A stretch of DNA of 64,000 nucleotides from Chloroflexota bacterium (GCA_029262695.1 JAJCYV010000022.1:49787-113786); one strand, 5' to 3'; shown: positions 9,644 through 19,748, counted from the stretch's first letter. Notes: a model not told the origin generated them from the sequence alone. Numbers and translations: made by a program.

Positions 9644-10419
9644 CGGACCTTAGCAGCAAAGCAGCGCTCGTCACCGGCGGTGGCTCAGGCATCGGCCGCG
9701 CGACTGCTCTTGCGCTCGCCGAAGCCGGCGCGGGCGTCGTCATCGCCGACATCGACGAAGCCGCCGGCCAGGAGACCGCCGGGCTGATCGATGCTGCGGG
9801 CGGACGCAGCGCGTTCGTGCGGACCGACGTCACGGAGTGGGACGACCTGGAGCGAGCGGTCTCCTTCACGGTGGAGACGTTCGGCGGGCTTCACGTCTTT
9901 CACAACAACGCCGGTATCAACACCGGCTGGCCGGACTTCCCGGAGGCCGCTCGCGCGCGCTGGGAGAAGGTCCTCGCCATCAACCTGTGGGCGGTGATAG
10001 CGGGGATACAGGCGGTCGTGCCAGCCATGAGAAGCAGCGGCGGCGGCGCCATCGTCAACATGGCCTCGCTCGCCGGGCTCGTCGCCTACGGCACGGACCC
10101 CATATACGCGGCGACCAAGCACGGCGTCGTCGGGCTCACGCGCGCGCTCGGCGGGCTGAAGGAGGAGGCGAACATCCGCGTGAACTGCCTCTGCCCGGGC
10201 TTCGTCGATACGGCGCTGCCCAGGCGACGGCTCGCTGACATGCCGCCGGATCAGCGCGCCCGCTGGGAAGGGGCGCTGGAGCGCATACCGATGATCGCTG
10301 CGTCTGAAGTGGCCGAGGGCGTAATGGAGCTGGTGGGCAACGAATCACTCGCCGGAGAAGTGATGGTTTTGCTGCAGGGCGGCGTGCGCAAGCTCGTGCC
10401 GGTGCCCGGCTTTACGTGA
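9640..10419 (+). CDS. Short-chain dehydrogenase/reductase (SDR)
   Basis: GTGA overlap with the upstream stop. TGGGSGIGRA Rossmann motif, NNAG, and a YAATK catalytic Y-x3-K. Confidence 0.85.
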   Translation: MTDLSSKAALVTGGGSGIGRATALALAEAGAGVVIADIDEAAGQETAGLIDAAGGRSAFVRTDVTEWDDLERAVSFTVETFGGLHVFHNNAGINTGWPDFPEAARARWEKVLAINLWAVIAGIQAVVPAMRSSGGGAIVNMASLAGLVAYGTDPIYAATKHGVVGLTRALGGLKEEANIRVNCLCPGFVDTALPRRRLADMPPDQRARWEGALERIPMIAASEVAEGVMELVGNESLAGEVMVLLQGGVRKLVPVPGFT

Positions 10420-10440
10420 GTTGAGATTGAGGAGGAAGTC

Positions 10441-11283
10441 GTGAAGGACCTGAAAGGCAAAGTGGCGGTCGTGACCGGCGGCGCCAGCGGGATCGGCCGG
10501 GCGATGGCTGACCGCTTCGCCGCCGAAGGGATGAAGGTCGTCCTGGCGGACATTGAGCCAGACGCCCTGGCGAGTGCCGAGAGCGAGATGAAGGCAGCCT
10601 CCGCCGAAGTCGCCTCCAGAGTGACGGACGTATCCAAAAGCGAGGATGTTGAGGAGCTGGCCCGTTTCACGGTCGACACGTTCGGCGGCGTACACGTCGT
10701 GTGCAACAACGCCGGCGTCGGCGGCGTCAGCTGGGAACAGACCGTCCAGGACTGGGAGTGGCTTCTCGGCGTCAACCTCTGGGGCGTCATCCACGGCATA
10801 CGCGCGTTCGTCCCGCGCATGATCGATCAGGATGAGGAGTCGCACATCGTCAATACCGCCTCGGGCGCCGGGCTACACACGCGGCCGTGGCTCGCGATGT
10901 ACTGCGCCAGCAAGCACGCGGTCGTGGCGCTGTCGGAGTCGCTTCACCACGAACTGGCGCTGATGGGGACAAAAACGAAGGTCTCGGTGCTATGTCCGGC
11001 GGTGGTCAACACCCGCATCGGCGAGTCGGAGCGAAACCGGCCGGCCGCCCTCGGCAACGAGGCGGAAGAAGGCAACCCGGCCCAGATGCAGGCGATGGAG
11101 CAGGCCTTCCGCGCGATGCTCGCCGGCGGCCTTGCGCCCGAAGCGGTGGCGGACGCCGTGCTCGACGCTATCCGCGGCGAGCGCTTCTACGTAATCACAC
11201 ACGAGGAGACGAAGGCGACTGTCCAAACGCGAATGGAGGACATTGTCGCGGGCCGCAATCCTACGCTCCAGCCGATCGTCTGA
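10441..11283 (+). CDS. Short-chain dehydrogenase/reductase (SDR)
   Basis: TGGASGIGRA, NNAG and YCASK (Y-x3-K) motifs. Confidence 0.85.
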   Translation: MKDLKGKVAVVTGGASGIGRAMADRFAAEGMKVVLADIEPDALASAESEMKAASAEVASRVTDVSKSEDVEELARFTVDTFGGVHVVCNNAGVGGVSWEQTVQDWEWLLGVNLWGVIHGIRAFVPRMIDQDEESHIVNTASGAGLHTRPWLAMYCASKHAVVALSESLHHELALMGTKTKVSVLCPAVVNTRIGESERNRPAALGNEAEEGNPAQMQAMEQAFRAMLAGGLAPEAVADAVLDAIRGERFYVITHEETKATVQTRMEDIVAGRNPTLQPIV

Positions 11284-11342
11284 GTAGCGGGGGGCAGCCT
11301 GAGCGAACCGCATCAATATTGAGCCCCTGCAGGCTGATCAGT

Positions 11343-11525
11343 TCAATGATCGCCGGGGGGCCGGCGCCCATTCCGCCTCTGCCGCAACTCAGCGACCACT
11401 TCGGGATGAAACCGCCATTGCTTGCCGATCTTGGCGGCCGGTATCTCCCCGTCCCGGGCGCGACGCCGAACGGTATCGGGATGGACTTCCAGGTACTCGG
11501 CTACTTCATCGATCGTCATCAACAT
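11343..11525 (-). CDS. Excisionase-family helix-turn-helix DNA-binding protein (HTH_17 / MerR-superfamily type), orphan
   Basis: The 60 aa product reads MTIDEVAEYLEVHPDTVRRRARDGEIPAAKIGKQWRF, the classic Xis-type HTH that ends in K-x-W-R-F. No integrase lies nearby. Confidence 0.7.
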   Translation of the reverse strand: MLMTIDEVAEYLEVHPDTVRRRARDGEIPAAKIGKQWRFHPEVVAELRQRRNGRRPPGDH

Positions 11526-11593
11526 CTGGGGCCTCCTCCGCCCTCACCAGGGCGATCACGGCTGAGAGTCAGCCGCGGGTCACGACAGAAGAA

Positions 11594-11621
11594 AGCCCCG
11601 GACGTGAAAACACCCGGGGCT
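11594..11621. terminator. Perfect 8-bp GC hairpin (AGCCCCGG-12 nt-CCGGGGCT) in the long intergenic region. It is terminator-like on the minus strand, where UUCUUCUGU follows it.
   Basis: Inverted repeat read directly from the sequence. Confidence 0.4.
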
Positions 11622-12069
11622 GATTGGATTCGAGGCGGCGCGCCGGAAAAAGTGACCGCAAACATGCGTCCTTCCCCTCCTTCGGTAGCCCGGCGGCCTT
11701 AGTCCCTTTCGGGCCCTTAGGTCCGTGGCTTTGCGTCCCGCCCTTTCAGACGGTTTGCCTTTATCGGGAGCGAAAGAGCATCGGCCTCTATCGCTCCGCG
11801 TTTGCTCCTGCTCGATGGCAGGCTGGCGACGGAGCCAGTCTACCATATTGCGATTATCCACAATGTGGAATGCCCCTGCCTAATCAAGGCTAACCCTAGC
11901 GGCTGGCACAGCAGTTGATGGAAAGGTTACAAAACTTGGCACTGGCGCTTAGAATGGGCACCAATCGGAAGGTCGGCGAAGCGGCCGCACCAAACCCGGC
12001 GACGCGTAGCGGTTGCGGTACAGCCTGTCTCAGTGCGGCCAGACGCCACGACGCAGTAAGAGAAATGCC

Positions 12070-15000
12070 ATGAACGAACAGGCTAGCAAACCCCCGGCCG
12101 GCGGTGGCCGGGTCTACCTGAAGCTGCTGGATCATCTTGCCGACAGCGCCTTCCTGGCGAATTCCAGCGGCAGACTCCTCTTCGCCAACGTGGCCACCTG
12201 CCAGAGTCTCGGCTATACGCGAGAGGAGCTTCGCTCGCTGTCCGTTCCAGACATCACCGACGACGGCGAGAGCAAGCTAAGGGAGGCGTTCACGGCTGTT
12301 GCGGCCGGTGAGCCGGTAACGGCTGAGGCCGTGCAGCGCCGGAAGGACGGCACGCCTGTCCCCGTAGAGCTGCGGCTTTCGCCGATTGAAATTGACGGTC
12401 GTCTGTGCCTGCTTGGGCTCGCCAGGGACATCACCAAGCGCAAGCAAGCCGAAGAGCAACTACGCCAGCACAGCGAACGCCTGGAGATACTGTTTGAGTA
12501 TGCGCCGGACGCCTACTATCTGAACGATCTCAACGGCAATTTCGTCGACGGGAATAGAGCTGCCGAAGAGCTGAGTGGATATAGCAGGGAAGAACTCATA
12601 GGGAAGAACTTCCTTGAGGTCGGCGTACTGCCTCAGGACCAGCTGCCGGTGGCAGCCGATCATTTGGCCAGCAGCAAACTTGGAGGGCACAGCGGCCCAC
12701 ACGAACTGATCTTGATCCGGAAGGACGGCACGCAGGTAAGCCTGGAGATAACCACGTACCCGACGACCATCGACGGGCGGCCCCTGGTCCTCGGCATCGC
12801 CCGCGATGTCACCGAGCGCAAGCTGGCGGAGGAAGAGCTGCGAAGGGCCCGCGATGAGCTGGAGTCGCGGGTGACGGAACGGACCGCCGACCTGGCAGCG
12901 GCCAATGAGCGGCTGCGAGAGGAGATCACCGAACGAGAGGAATCCCAGAAGGCGCTCCGGGAGAGCGAAGAGAAGCTCCGCACGCTGGCAGAGACGACGA
13001 CCGCGCTCATTTTCATCTTCCAGGGTCCACACCTGAAATACGCTAACCCGGCGGCGGAAGCCATCAGTGGATACTCCCGGAATGAATGGCAGTCGATGGA
13101 TCTCTGGGATCTCCTGCACCCGGATTTCCAGGACCTCGCGAGAGAGCGGCACGGGGCACGGCAACGGGGCGAAGACGTTCCGGCCCGGCACGAGGTCAAG
13201 ATGCTCACCAAGGACGGCGAGGAGCGGTGGCTGGATTACACCGCCGCGGGCGTTGAGCTTGAGGGAGAGGCCGCGATACTTGGAACGGCGTTCGATATCA
13301 CAGATAGAAAGCGAGCAGAGGAGGCGCTGCAACTATCAGAACAGAGACTGTCGGAGGCGCAGCGAATCGCCCGTGTTGGCAACTGGGACTGGGATATCGT
13401 CGCAGGCGAACTCTGGTGGTCCGACGAAGTCTACCGGATATTTGGCCTGAGCCGAGAGGAGTTCGGCGATACCTACGAGTCGTTCCTCGAATCCGTCCAC
13501 TCCGATGACCGTGACTTAGTACGCACCGCTGTCGACGCCGCCCTCTACGAGCGCAAGCCCTATAGCGTCGAACACCTCATCGTCCTCCCCAACGGCGATC
13601 AGAAGGCAGTGCATGAGCGAGCTGAGGTTACATTCGACGAAGATGGCCGGCCAGTCCGAATGGCCGGGACAGTGCTCGACATCACGGAGCGCAAGCGCGC
13701 GGAGGAGGCGCTGCGGGAGAGCGAGGAGAAGCTGCGATCGATTCTTGAGACGGTACCCGACATCGTAGCGACTGTGGCCGCCGACGGGACGCTGCTTTAC
13801 ACCAACCGCAGAGCGGCGGGGGGTGACGTGGACGAGATCATCGGGACGAGCGTCTTCGATCTGGTCGTGGACGAAGACCGGGACACAGTAAGGAAGGCAT
13901 TTCAACAGGCTGCAGAGACGGGCGAGAGAGCCAGCTACGAGGCCCGAGGGCGAGGCCCTGATGGTACGACTCCATGGTACGCGGTGCGCATCGCACCGCT
14001 GACGAGCGGCGGGGAGGTCGTCGCGGCCACTTTGGTCGCAACCGACATCACGGAGCGCAAGCAGGCCGAGGAGGCTCTGCAGGAGAGCGAGCGAAGGAAA
14101 GAGGCGCTGCTGGCTGCGATGCCAGACCTGATGTTCGTCATTGGCCGGGACGGAACATATCTCGACTACCATGCGCCTTCCTCCGATGAACTCTATGTGT
14201 CTCCCGATGAGTTTCTCGGCAAGACCGTCCGGGAGATCATGCCGAGAGAAGTCGCGGACCGCACTATGGAGAACATTGAGTTTGCTATCGAGAAGCGGAC
14301 GATACGCGCGTTCGAATACCAGCTCACGATTGGCGGTAAGACGTTGGACTTCGAGGCCCGCTACGTGCCCCACGGAGACGATCAGGCCCTTGCGATGGTC
14401 CGTAACATCACCGAGCGCAAGCAGGCGGAGGCCACCATCGAGCGCATGGCTTACCACGACGCGCTGACCGGGTTGCCCAACCGCGAACTGTTGAAGGACC
14501 GGCTTGACATCGCGCTCGCCCAGGCGCGTCGCGGCGGAAACATGGTCGCTGTCATGTACCTCGATCTCGACCGGTTCAAGAACGTCAACGACACGCTGGG
14601 ACATCCTGCGGGAGACAAGCTTCTGCACAGGATCGGTCGCCAACTATCGCGCCTGGTTCGAGATGGCGACACCGTCGCCAGAATCGGTGGTGATGAGTTC
14701 GTCATGCTGCTACCCACGATCGAGGATCCCGAAGACGCGGTCGGTGTGGCAGCCCGAACCCTCAAGCGCCTCAGCAGAAAGCGCACGCTGCTGGGACAGG
14801 AGATCGTCGTGACCGCCAGCATCGGCATTAGCCTGTATCCGCCAGACGGGGACAACGCGGAGGACCTGCTGTCGCACGCTGACACGGCCATGTACCGCGC
14901 CAAGGACCGTGGCAGGAACCAGTACCAGATCTACGATCCCGGCATGACCACCGACATTGAGAAACGGCTTGTCATGGAAGCCGAACTGAGGAGCGCGCTG

Positions 15001-15765
15001 GAGAACGACGAGATCGTGGCGTACTTCCAGCCCCAACTCGACGTTGCGACCGGGCGCCTGCTCGGGGCGGAGGCGCTCGCCCGCTGGCACCACCCCAGTC
15101 GCGGACTTGTGCTTCCCGGCGATTTCATCCAGGTAGCAGAAGAGACGGAGCTATCTCTGCTGCTTACCGAGCAGATGTTGAGATCAGCGGCGGCTCTGCA
15201 TGTTGAAATGAGAAACAAGGGCTTGCCTCCGATGCGGATGGCCGTCAACCTCGGACCCGCCGAACTTTACGAAAGCGCGCTGCCACAAGTTGTCGCAAGG
15301 ATTCTCGCCAAAGCCGGGATGGGGCCGGAGTATCTCCAGGTCGAGATAACTGAGCAGGGGGCGATGCGCGATCCCGATCTCGCGCTTCTTACACTGACTG
15401 ACCTGCGCTCACAGGGAGTGCAGATCGTTGTGGACGACTTCGGCACCGGCCACTCGTCCCTGAACTATCTTCGGCGCTTCCCCGCGAGTGTCGTGAAGGT
15501 GGACCGGTCCTTCATCCGCGACCTCGAAGACGACCCTGAGGATGCGGCGATCGTGTCGGCGATCATATCAATGGCGAAGAGCCTCAACCTGAGCGTCGTC
15601 GCCGAAGGAGTGGAGACGGAGGCGCAGCTCCAGTTTCTGAGAGAAAGGGGCTGCGACGAGTACCAGGGCTATCTGTTCAGCCCGGCCATTCCGGCACCTG
15701 AGTTCGAGGAGCTGCTGAAGACAAGCGCGACGGCTGCAAAGGCAAGCTCAAGAGGCGCTCCGTAG
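12070..15765 (+). CDS. Multi-PAS sensory diguanylate cyclase/phosphodiesterase (PAS x5-6, GGDEF, EAL)
   Basis: There are repeated PAS/PAC blocks, each followed by a conserved DITERK box, with coiled-coil linkers between them. A GGDEF active site (RIGGDEFVMLL) and an EAL domain (EALARWHHP...DDFGTGHSSL) follow. The start is ATG 12070, inside track ORF 12013..15765. Confidence 0.85.
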   Translation: MNEQASKPPAGGGRVYLKLLDHLADSAFLANSSGRLLFANVATCQSLGYTREELRSLSVPDITDDGESKLREAFTAVAAGEPVTAEAVQRRKDGTPVPVELRLSPIEIDGRLCLLGLARDITKRKQAEEQLRQHSERLEILFEYAPDAYYLNDLNGNFVDGNRAAEELSGYSREELIGKNFLEVGVLPQDQLPVAADHLASSKLGGHSGPHELILIRKDGTQVSLEITTYPTTIDGRPLVLGIARDVTERKLAEEELRRARDELESRVTERTADLAAANERLREEITEREESQKALRESEEKLRTLAETTTALIFIFQGPHLKYANPAAEAISGYSRNEWQSMDLWDLLHPDFQDLARERHGARQRGEDVPARHEVKMLTKDGEERWLDYTAAGVELEGEAAILGTAFDITDRKRAEEALQLSEQRLSEAQRIARVGNWDWDIVAGELWWSDEVYRIFGLSREEFGDTYESFLESVHSDDRDLVRTAVDAALYERKPYSVEHLIVLPNGDQKAVHERAEVTFDEDGRPVRMAGTVLDITERKRAEEALRESEEKLRSILETVPDIVATVAADGTLLYTNRRAAGGDVDEIIGTSVFDLVVDEDRDTVRKAFQQAAETGERASYEARGRGPDGTTPWYAVRIAPLTSGGEVVAATLVATDITERKQAEEALQESERRKEALLAAMPDLMFVIGRDGTYLDYHAPSSDELYVSPDEFLGKTVREIMPREVADRTMENIEFAIEKRTIRAFEYQLTIGGKTLDFEARYVPHGDDQALAMVRNITERKQAEATIERMAYHDALTGLPNRELLKDRLDIALAQARRGGNMVAVMYLDLDRFKNVNDTLGHPAGDKLLHRIGRQLSRLVRDGDTVARIGGDEFVMLLPTIEDPEDAVGVAARTLKRLSRKRTLLGQEIVVTASIGISLYPPDGDNAEDLLSHADTAMYRAKDRGRNQYQIYDPGMTTDIEKRLVMEAELRSALENDEIVAYFQPQLDVATGRLLGAEALARWHHPSRGLVLPGDFIQVAEETELSLLLTEQMLRSAAALHVEMRNKGLPPMRMAVNLGPAELYESALPQVVARILAKAGMGPEYLQVEITEQGAMRDPDLALLTLTDLRSQGVQIVVDDFGTGHSSLNYLRRFPASVVKVDRSFIRDLEDDPEDAAIVSAIISMAKSLNLSVVAEGVETEAQLQFLRERGCDEYQGYLFSPAIPAPEFEELLKTSATAAKASSRGAP

Positions 15766-15867
15766 CCACCCTGGCGGTCGAGCGGCAGGTGCGGGAGATC
15801 GACGTTCAGAGCCTCCTCGGGCACTCAACGGCGGCGATGCCGATGGTAACGACAAGATAACAAGCCC

Positions 15868-17280
15868 ATGACTCAGATCCGACGCACCAAGATCGTAGCA
15901 ACGCTGGGTCCTGCGAGCGAAAGTCCGAAGGTCATTCGGGCGTTGGTCGATGCGGGCGTCGACGCCGTGAGGCTCAACTTCTCATACGGGGACCTCGAGA
16001 CACACGGTCGCTTGATCGAGGCCGTCAGAGAAGCGGCCGTCGCGGCGGGCAGGGATCTCGCGATCCTTCAAGACTTGCAGGGCCCGAAGATCCGCGTTGG
16101 GGACCTTCGGGCCGGCTCTGTGCGGCTGCGTTCTGGCGCCCGGATCCGCCTGACGTCGAAGCCCATCCAGGGCACGGCAACACGCGTCTCAACAACTTAC
16201 GATCACCTCGCTCAGGACGTGAGTTCAGGCGACCGGATCCTGCTCGACGACGGAGCCATTGAGTTGATCGTGGACAAAGTGTCGCGCGGCGAGGTCATCT
16301 GCGCGGTGGTACGCGGAGGCACCTTGAAGTCTGGAAAAGGAATGAACCTCCCGGGGATTCCGATCCGAACATCTGCGTTTACGGCGAAGGACCGTGGCGA
16401 CCTGCGGTTCGGGCTGGAGCGCGGAATAGACTCCGTTGCACTGAGCTTCACAAGGTCGGCGAAGGACGTGGAACCGGTGAGAAGGGTCATGCGCGATGTC
16501 GGCCGAAGCGTGCCCGTGCTGGCGAAGATTGAGAAGCCGCAGGCGCTTCGAAACCTTGATCGAGTGCTGCGTGCGTTCGACGGCGTGATGGTCGCGCGCG
16601 GTGACCTGGGGGTCGAGATAGGCCCCGAGAAGGTGCCGGCCGCTCAGAAGCGAATCATCGATAGGGCCAACGCCCTCGGCAAGCCGGTCATCACGGCAAC
16701 GCAGATGCTGGAGTCGATGACGAAGAACGCCAGGCCGACCCGCGCGGAGGCTTCAGACGTTGCGAACGCCGTTCTGGACGGGACGGACGCTGTGATGCTC
16801 AGTGGTGAGACGGCGACCGGTCGCTATCCTGAGGAGTCGGTACGTGTAATGGATCTGATCGTGCGGGAGGCCGAATCACTGGCGATGCCTAACGCTCCCC
16901 ACACCTCGGGAAAGACGACGCGCGGTCACTCCATTTGCCACGCGGCGGTTGGACTCGCGAACGAGGTTGCCGCCGCTGCGATAGTGACGCTTACTCGATC
17001 TGGAAGATCCGCACGCATCCTCTCCGCGCTCCGTCCCGGCGTCCCCATCTTTGCGCTATGCGAGCGAGGCGGCGTAGCAAGAAGCCTCGCGCTGTTCCGC
17101 GGCGTCGTCCCCGTATCTGTGGACGAACTGGGGCGAGCGGAAGATGTGATCGCTCGGATTCGGGGTCAGCTCATGAAGCGACGCCTCGTCGCAGCAGGGG
17201 AGGACGTCGTCGTCGTTGGGTTGGGGCGAGAGGGCTCCGCTCGCCAGGCTAATTTCATCCGCCTCCTGCGCGTTCACTGA
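15868..17280 (+). CDS. pyk: Pyruvate kinase
   Basis: RRTKIVATLGPAS N-terminus, the MVARGDLGVEI active-site signature, and 470 aa length. Confidence 0.9.
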   Translation: MTQIRRTKIVATLGPASESPKVIRALVDAGVDAVRLNFSYGDLETHGRLIEAVREAAVAAGRDLAILQDLQGPKIRVGDLRAGSVRLRSGARIRLTSKPIQGTATRVSTTYDHLAQDVSSGDRILLDDGAIELIVDKVSRGEVICAVVRGGTLKSGKGMNLPGIPIRTSAFTAKDRGDLRFGLERGIDSVALSFTRSAKDVEPVRRVMRDVGRSVPVLAKIEKPQALRNLDRVLRAFDGVMVARGDLGVEIGPEKVPAAQKRIIDRANALGKPVITATQMLESMTKNARPTRAEASDVANAVLDGTDAVMLSGETATGRYPEESVRVMDLIVREAESLAMPNAPHTSGKTTRGHSICHAAVGLANEVAAAAIVTLTRSGRSARILSALRPGVPIFALCERGGVARSLALFRGVVPVSVDELGRAEDVIARIRGQLMKRRLVAAGEDVVVVGLGREGSARQANFIRLLRVH

Positions 17281-17524
17281 CGCTTAGCTGACGAGGCTCG
17301 CCGCCCATATATCAATCCGCGAGTACGGCGAGATCGATGCCCCCGGCTTCTACGCTCTGAACTATCCGCCAATGACGTCGCTGGGGTTCCTGATGCTTCA
17401 CCTGGTCTTCGGCGCAATCGTCGGAGCGCTGTACGGCACCTGGGCTGGATAGCGACAAGGGTGATATGCAGCTGCTTCCTCGATCACCGCGTCTGCTCAA
17501 CCCGCGCTCGTACGAGAAGAAAGG

Positions 17525-17556
17525 CATAGGGGGGATGTCCGGACATCCCCCCTATG
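17525..17556. terminator. Perfect 30-bp palindrome (ATAGGGGGGATGTCC/GGACATCCCCCCTAT) between the convergent pyk and DOMON-like genes. It is a probable bidirectional terminator.
   Basis: 15-bp arms with no loop mismatch. It sits 245 bp after the pyk stop and 13 bp after the minus-strand stop at 17569. Confidence 0.5.
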
Positions 17557-17568
17557 ATCGGAGTTCAG

Positions 17569-18612
17569 CTACGCAGAGCGGGCCCGGACTCGCAGGTACA
17601 GAGACCCGAGTCCAACCACGACAGCCGCGCCGCCAAGGGCAAGAACCAGCATCAGCGCGGTAGACACGCCGCCATCGTCGCCGGGTGCGCCGCCTGTGGT
17701 CGGGACGCTGCCCGGGCTGGCGGTGGGTCCGGGTGTGGCTGTGTCCTGGGCAGCGCCCGGCAGGCTGGTGACGATCCATCCTGAGTCCGCACTTGTGAGG
17801 TGGCCGGTGTCCGTCCAGCCGGTCAGGCCCTCGTCAGCATCCCAGTAAGCCAGGGCGATCTTTGCAGTGCCACCAGCTACGAACTGGGCGTCCTCAATGT
17901 CGCCCGTCTGCAGCGGACGCGACATCTCGAAGGTCCAGGTGCCAGCCTCGCCGATCGTGGCACTCGTGTGGCTCCAGGACCCAGCGAGACTGTTTTCGGC
18001 ACCGGAGGCACTCGCGGTCTTGCCGTCGTCTTCGCGGGTCTCCGGATCAGTGGCGTACTCGTCGTCCATGTTGCAGTCCGGGTAGTTGCCGCTCCCGGCG
18101 TCGCCGCCACCGGACATCGCACCGGCGGCGCAGTCCAGCTCCCAGTGCCAGATGTCCACCATCCCCAGACCGGCCTCGAAGTCGCTATCGCCGGAGCCCA
18201 TGTGGGGGCCGGCAGCCGCGTCGATGAGGAACTGCACGGCGAGAGCCGCCGACATTTTGTGGTCATTGGGAGGGACAACACCATCGAAGTCGTAGTCGTC
18301 CGGCACCTCAACCAACACGTAGATGTTGGTGTCATCGGTAGCGACCTTGAGGGTCACGTCCACCGGGTCAAGCGGGCCGGGTGCGTCCCAGTCAACGCCG
18401 GCGGGGATCTCGAACTGTTTCAGGTTGACCGTGAGGCCGGTGATGGCCGCCCAATCGGCGCTGTTGCCGTCCACGGTGATCGTGGCGTCGGCCGCGTCCA
18501 GGCTCAGGTCTGCCTGGGCGGTGCCGCTGCCGACCATCAGGACCAGCGCAAGGGCCGCGGCGATCACGGCTCCCAGGCCTGCGGACCGAAGCGTACTTGT
18601 CCAGCTACTCAT
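17569..18612 (-). CDS. Secreted DOMON/EB_dh-like (CBM9-like fold) protein, paralog 1. Sec signal peptide and C-terminal TM anchor.
   Basis: Signal peptide (...GSGTAQA/DLSL). An ITVDG-x3-DW start, PHMG, MVDIWHWELDC, PDCNMDDE and GHLTSADSGWI blocks are shared with the two paralogs. C-terminus has a Pro/Thr linker and a hydrophobic anchor. GAGGAGG RBS. Confidence 0.55.
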   Translation of the reverse strand: MSSWTSTLRSAGLGAVIAAALALVLMVGSGTAQADLSLDAADATITVDGNSADWAAITGLTVNLKQFEIPAGVDWDAPGPLDPVDVTLKVATDDTNIYVLVEVPDDYDFDGVVPPNDHKMSAALAVQFLIDAAAGPHMGSGDSDFEAGLGMVDIWHWELDCAAGAMSGGGDAGSGNYPDCNMDDEYATDPETREDDGKTASASGAENSLAGSWSHTSATIGEAGTWTFEMSRPLQTGDIEDAQFVAGGTAKIALAYWDADEGLTGWTDTGHLTSADSGWIVTSLPGAAQDTATPGPTASPGSVPTTGGAPGDDGGVSTALMLVLALGGAAVVVGLGSLYLRVRARSA

Positions 18613-18715
18613 TTTGATTACCTCCTCTTTCGTACTTTTTCATGACGCGGGCAATATTGTGTCGCGTTGCTTATACCCTCCTTCTCCATGGTGGGTCAAC
18701 ATTCGGGGGGAAACT

Positions 18716-19681
18716 CTACGGGAGCCTCACCTCTATCCAGCCGCTTTCGGCACTCTGCAGGTGCCCGGTGTCCGTCCAGCCCTCCAGCGTTTCGTCCGGA
18801 TCGAAGTAGGCAAGCGCCATCAGCGCGGTGCCGCCGCTTTCGAACTGGGCATCCTCAGCGTCACCTGTCTGCAGGGGCCTTGACATCTCGAAAATCCAGA
18901 CGCCGACTGCATCCGGGCCGTCCGCGCTCGCAGTATGCGTCCAGACGCCAACCAGGCTATTCTCTGCATCGGCGTTGGCGGTGTCACCACCTCCATCATC
19001 CTCACGGTCTTCTGGATCAAGCGCGAACTCGTCGTCCAGGTTGCAGTCGGGGTCGTCGCCACTCCCGGGATCGCCCCCACCGGATGCAAGTCCGGCAGCG
19101 CAGTCCAGCTCCCAGTGCCAGATGTCGACCATCCCCAGGCCCAGCTCCAGGTCCTCATCCTCGGCACCCATGTGAGGCCCGGCGGCCGCATCGATGAGGA
19201 ACATCACGGCGAGCGAAGGAGAGAGGTTATGGTCGGCCGGGTCGAAGTCGTAGTCGTCGGGCACCTCCACCAACGCATAGAGGTTCCCACCGTCAGTGGC
19301 CATCTTCAGCGTGACATCGATGTCGTCGAGAGGCCCGGGCTCATCCCAATCCACGCCGGACGGGATCTCTATCTGTTCCATCGGCACGGTGACGCCCTCG
19401 ATATCACTCCAATCCGAACTGTCCCCGTCCACGGTGATCGTCGCTGTCGCGGCGTCGAGCGTGATCTCGTCACCATCACCCGCGTCGGTCGGTGCGGCCG
19501 TGGGAGCATCCGTGGGATCATCCGTGGGGGCATCCGTTGGTGCCGCCGTGGGCTCCGCCGTCGGTGACGCTCCGTCATCGTCGTCGCCGCCGCAGGCCAC
19601 GGCCACAAGCGCCAGCACTGCGAGCGCCGCCAGCAGAACAATCACTGCCTTCGCTCCTCTGCGGGTTAGTAGATTCATCAT
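18716..19681 (-). CDS. Secreted DOMON/EB_dh-like protein, paralog 2. N-terminal signal peptide or possible lipoprotein, with an acidic PT-rich linker.
   Basis: Start MMNLLTRRGAKAVIVLLAALAVLALVAVAC-GGDDDDG after an AAAGGAGA RBS. The track ORF 18716..19912 is over-extended. It has the same conserved blocks as paralogs 1 and 3 (PHMG, MVDIWHWELDCAAG, PDCNLDDE, GHLQSAESGWIEV). Confidence 0.55.
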   Translation of the reverse strand: MMNLLTRRGAKAVIVLLAALAVLALVAVACGGDDDDGASPTAEPTAAPTDAPTDDPTDAPTAAPTDAGDGDEITLDAATATITVDGDSSDWSDIEGVTVPMEQIEIPSGVDWDEPGPLDDIDVTLKMATDGGNLYALVEVPDDYDFDPADHNLSPSLAVMFLIDAAAGPHMGAEDEDLELGLGMVDIWHWELDCAAGLASGGGDPGSGDDPDCNLDDEFALDPEDREDDGGGDTANADAENSLVGVWTHTASADGPDAVGVWIFEMSRPLQTGDAEDAQFESGGTALMALAYFDPDETLEGWTDTGHLQSAESGWIEVRLP

Positions 19682-19748
19682 CTCCGGTCTCCTTTCATTT
19701 CTCCGGCGTGTGTGGCTGGCATCGTCACTCCGTTCAACATCCCTGGGC

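Noticed and set aside
11617-11634. tRNA T-loop-like TCGAATCC on the minus strand next to the 11594-11621 hairpin
   Set aside because: No GG precedes it. I could not build an acceptor stem, D-arm or anticodon arm, so it is not a tRNA or tmRNA.
11940-12010. Possible c-di-GMP riboswitch or SRP RNA upstream of the GGDEF/EAL gene
   Set aside because: GEMM-I hallmarks (paired GCAAA-containing P1/P2 with a tetraloop receptor) are absent. The SRP-like GGAA hairpin lacks the conserved GGUCAGG/AGCAGCC symmetric-loop context. It is reported only as an unassigned structured leader.
17293-17452. Small ORF after pyk encoding a hydrophobic 46-aa peptide (...MPPGFYALNYPPMTSLGFLMLHLVFGAIVGALYGTWAG)
   Set aside because: It has no RBS and no start-codon context. 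It is likely a gene remnant or chance ORF and was not called.
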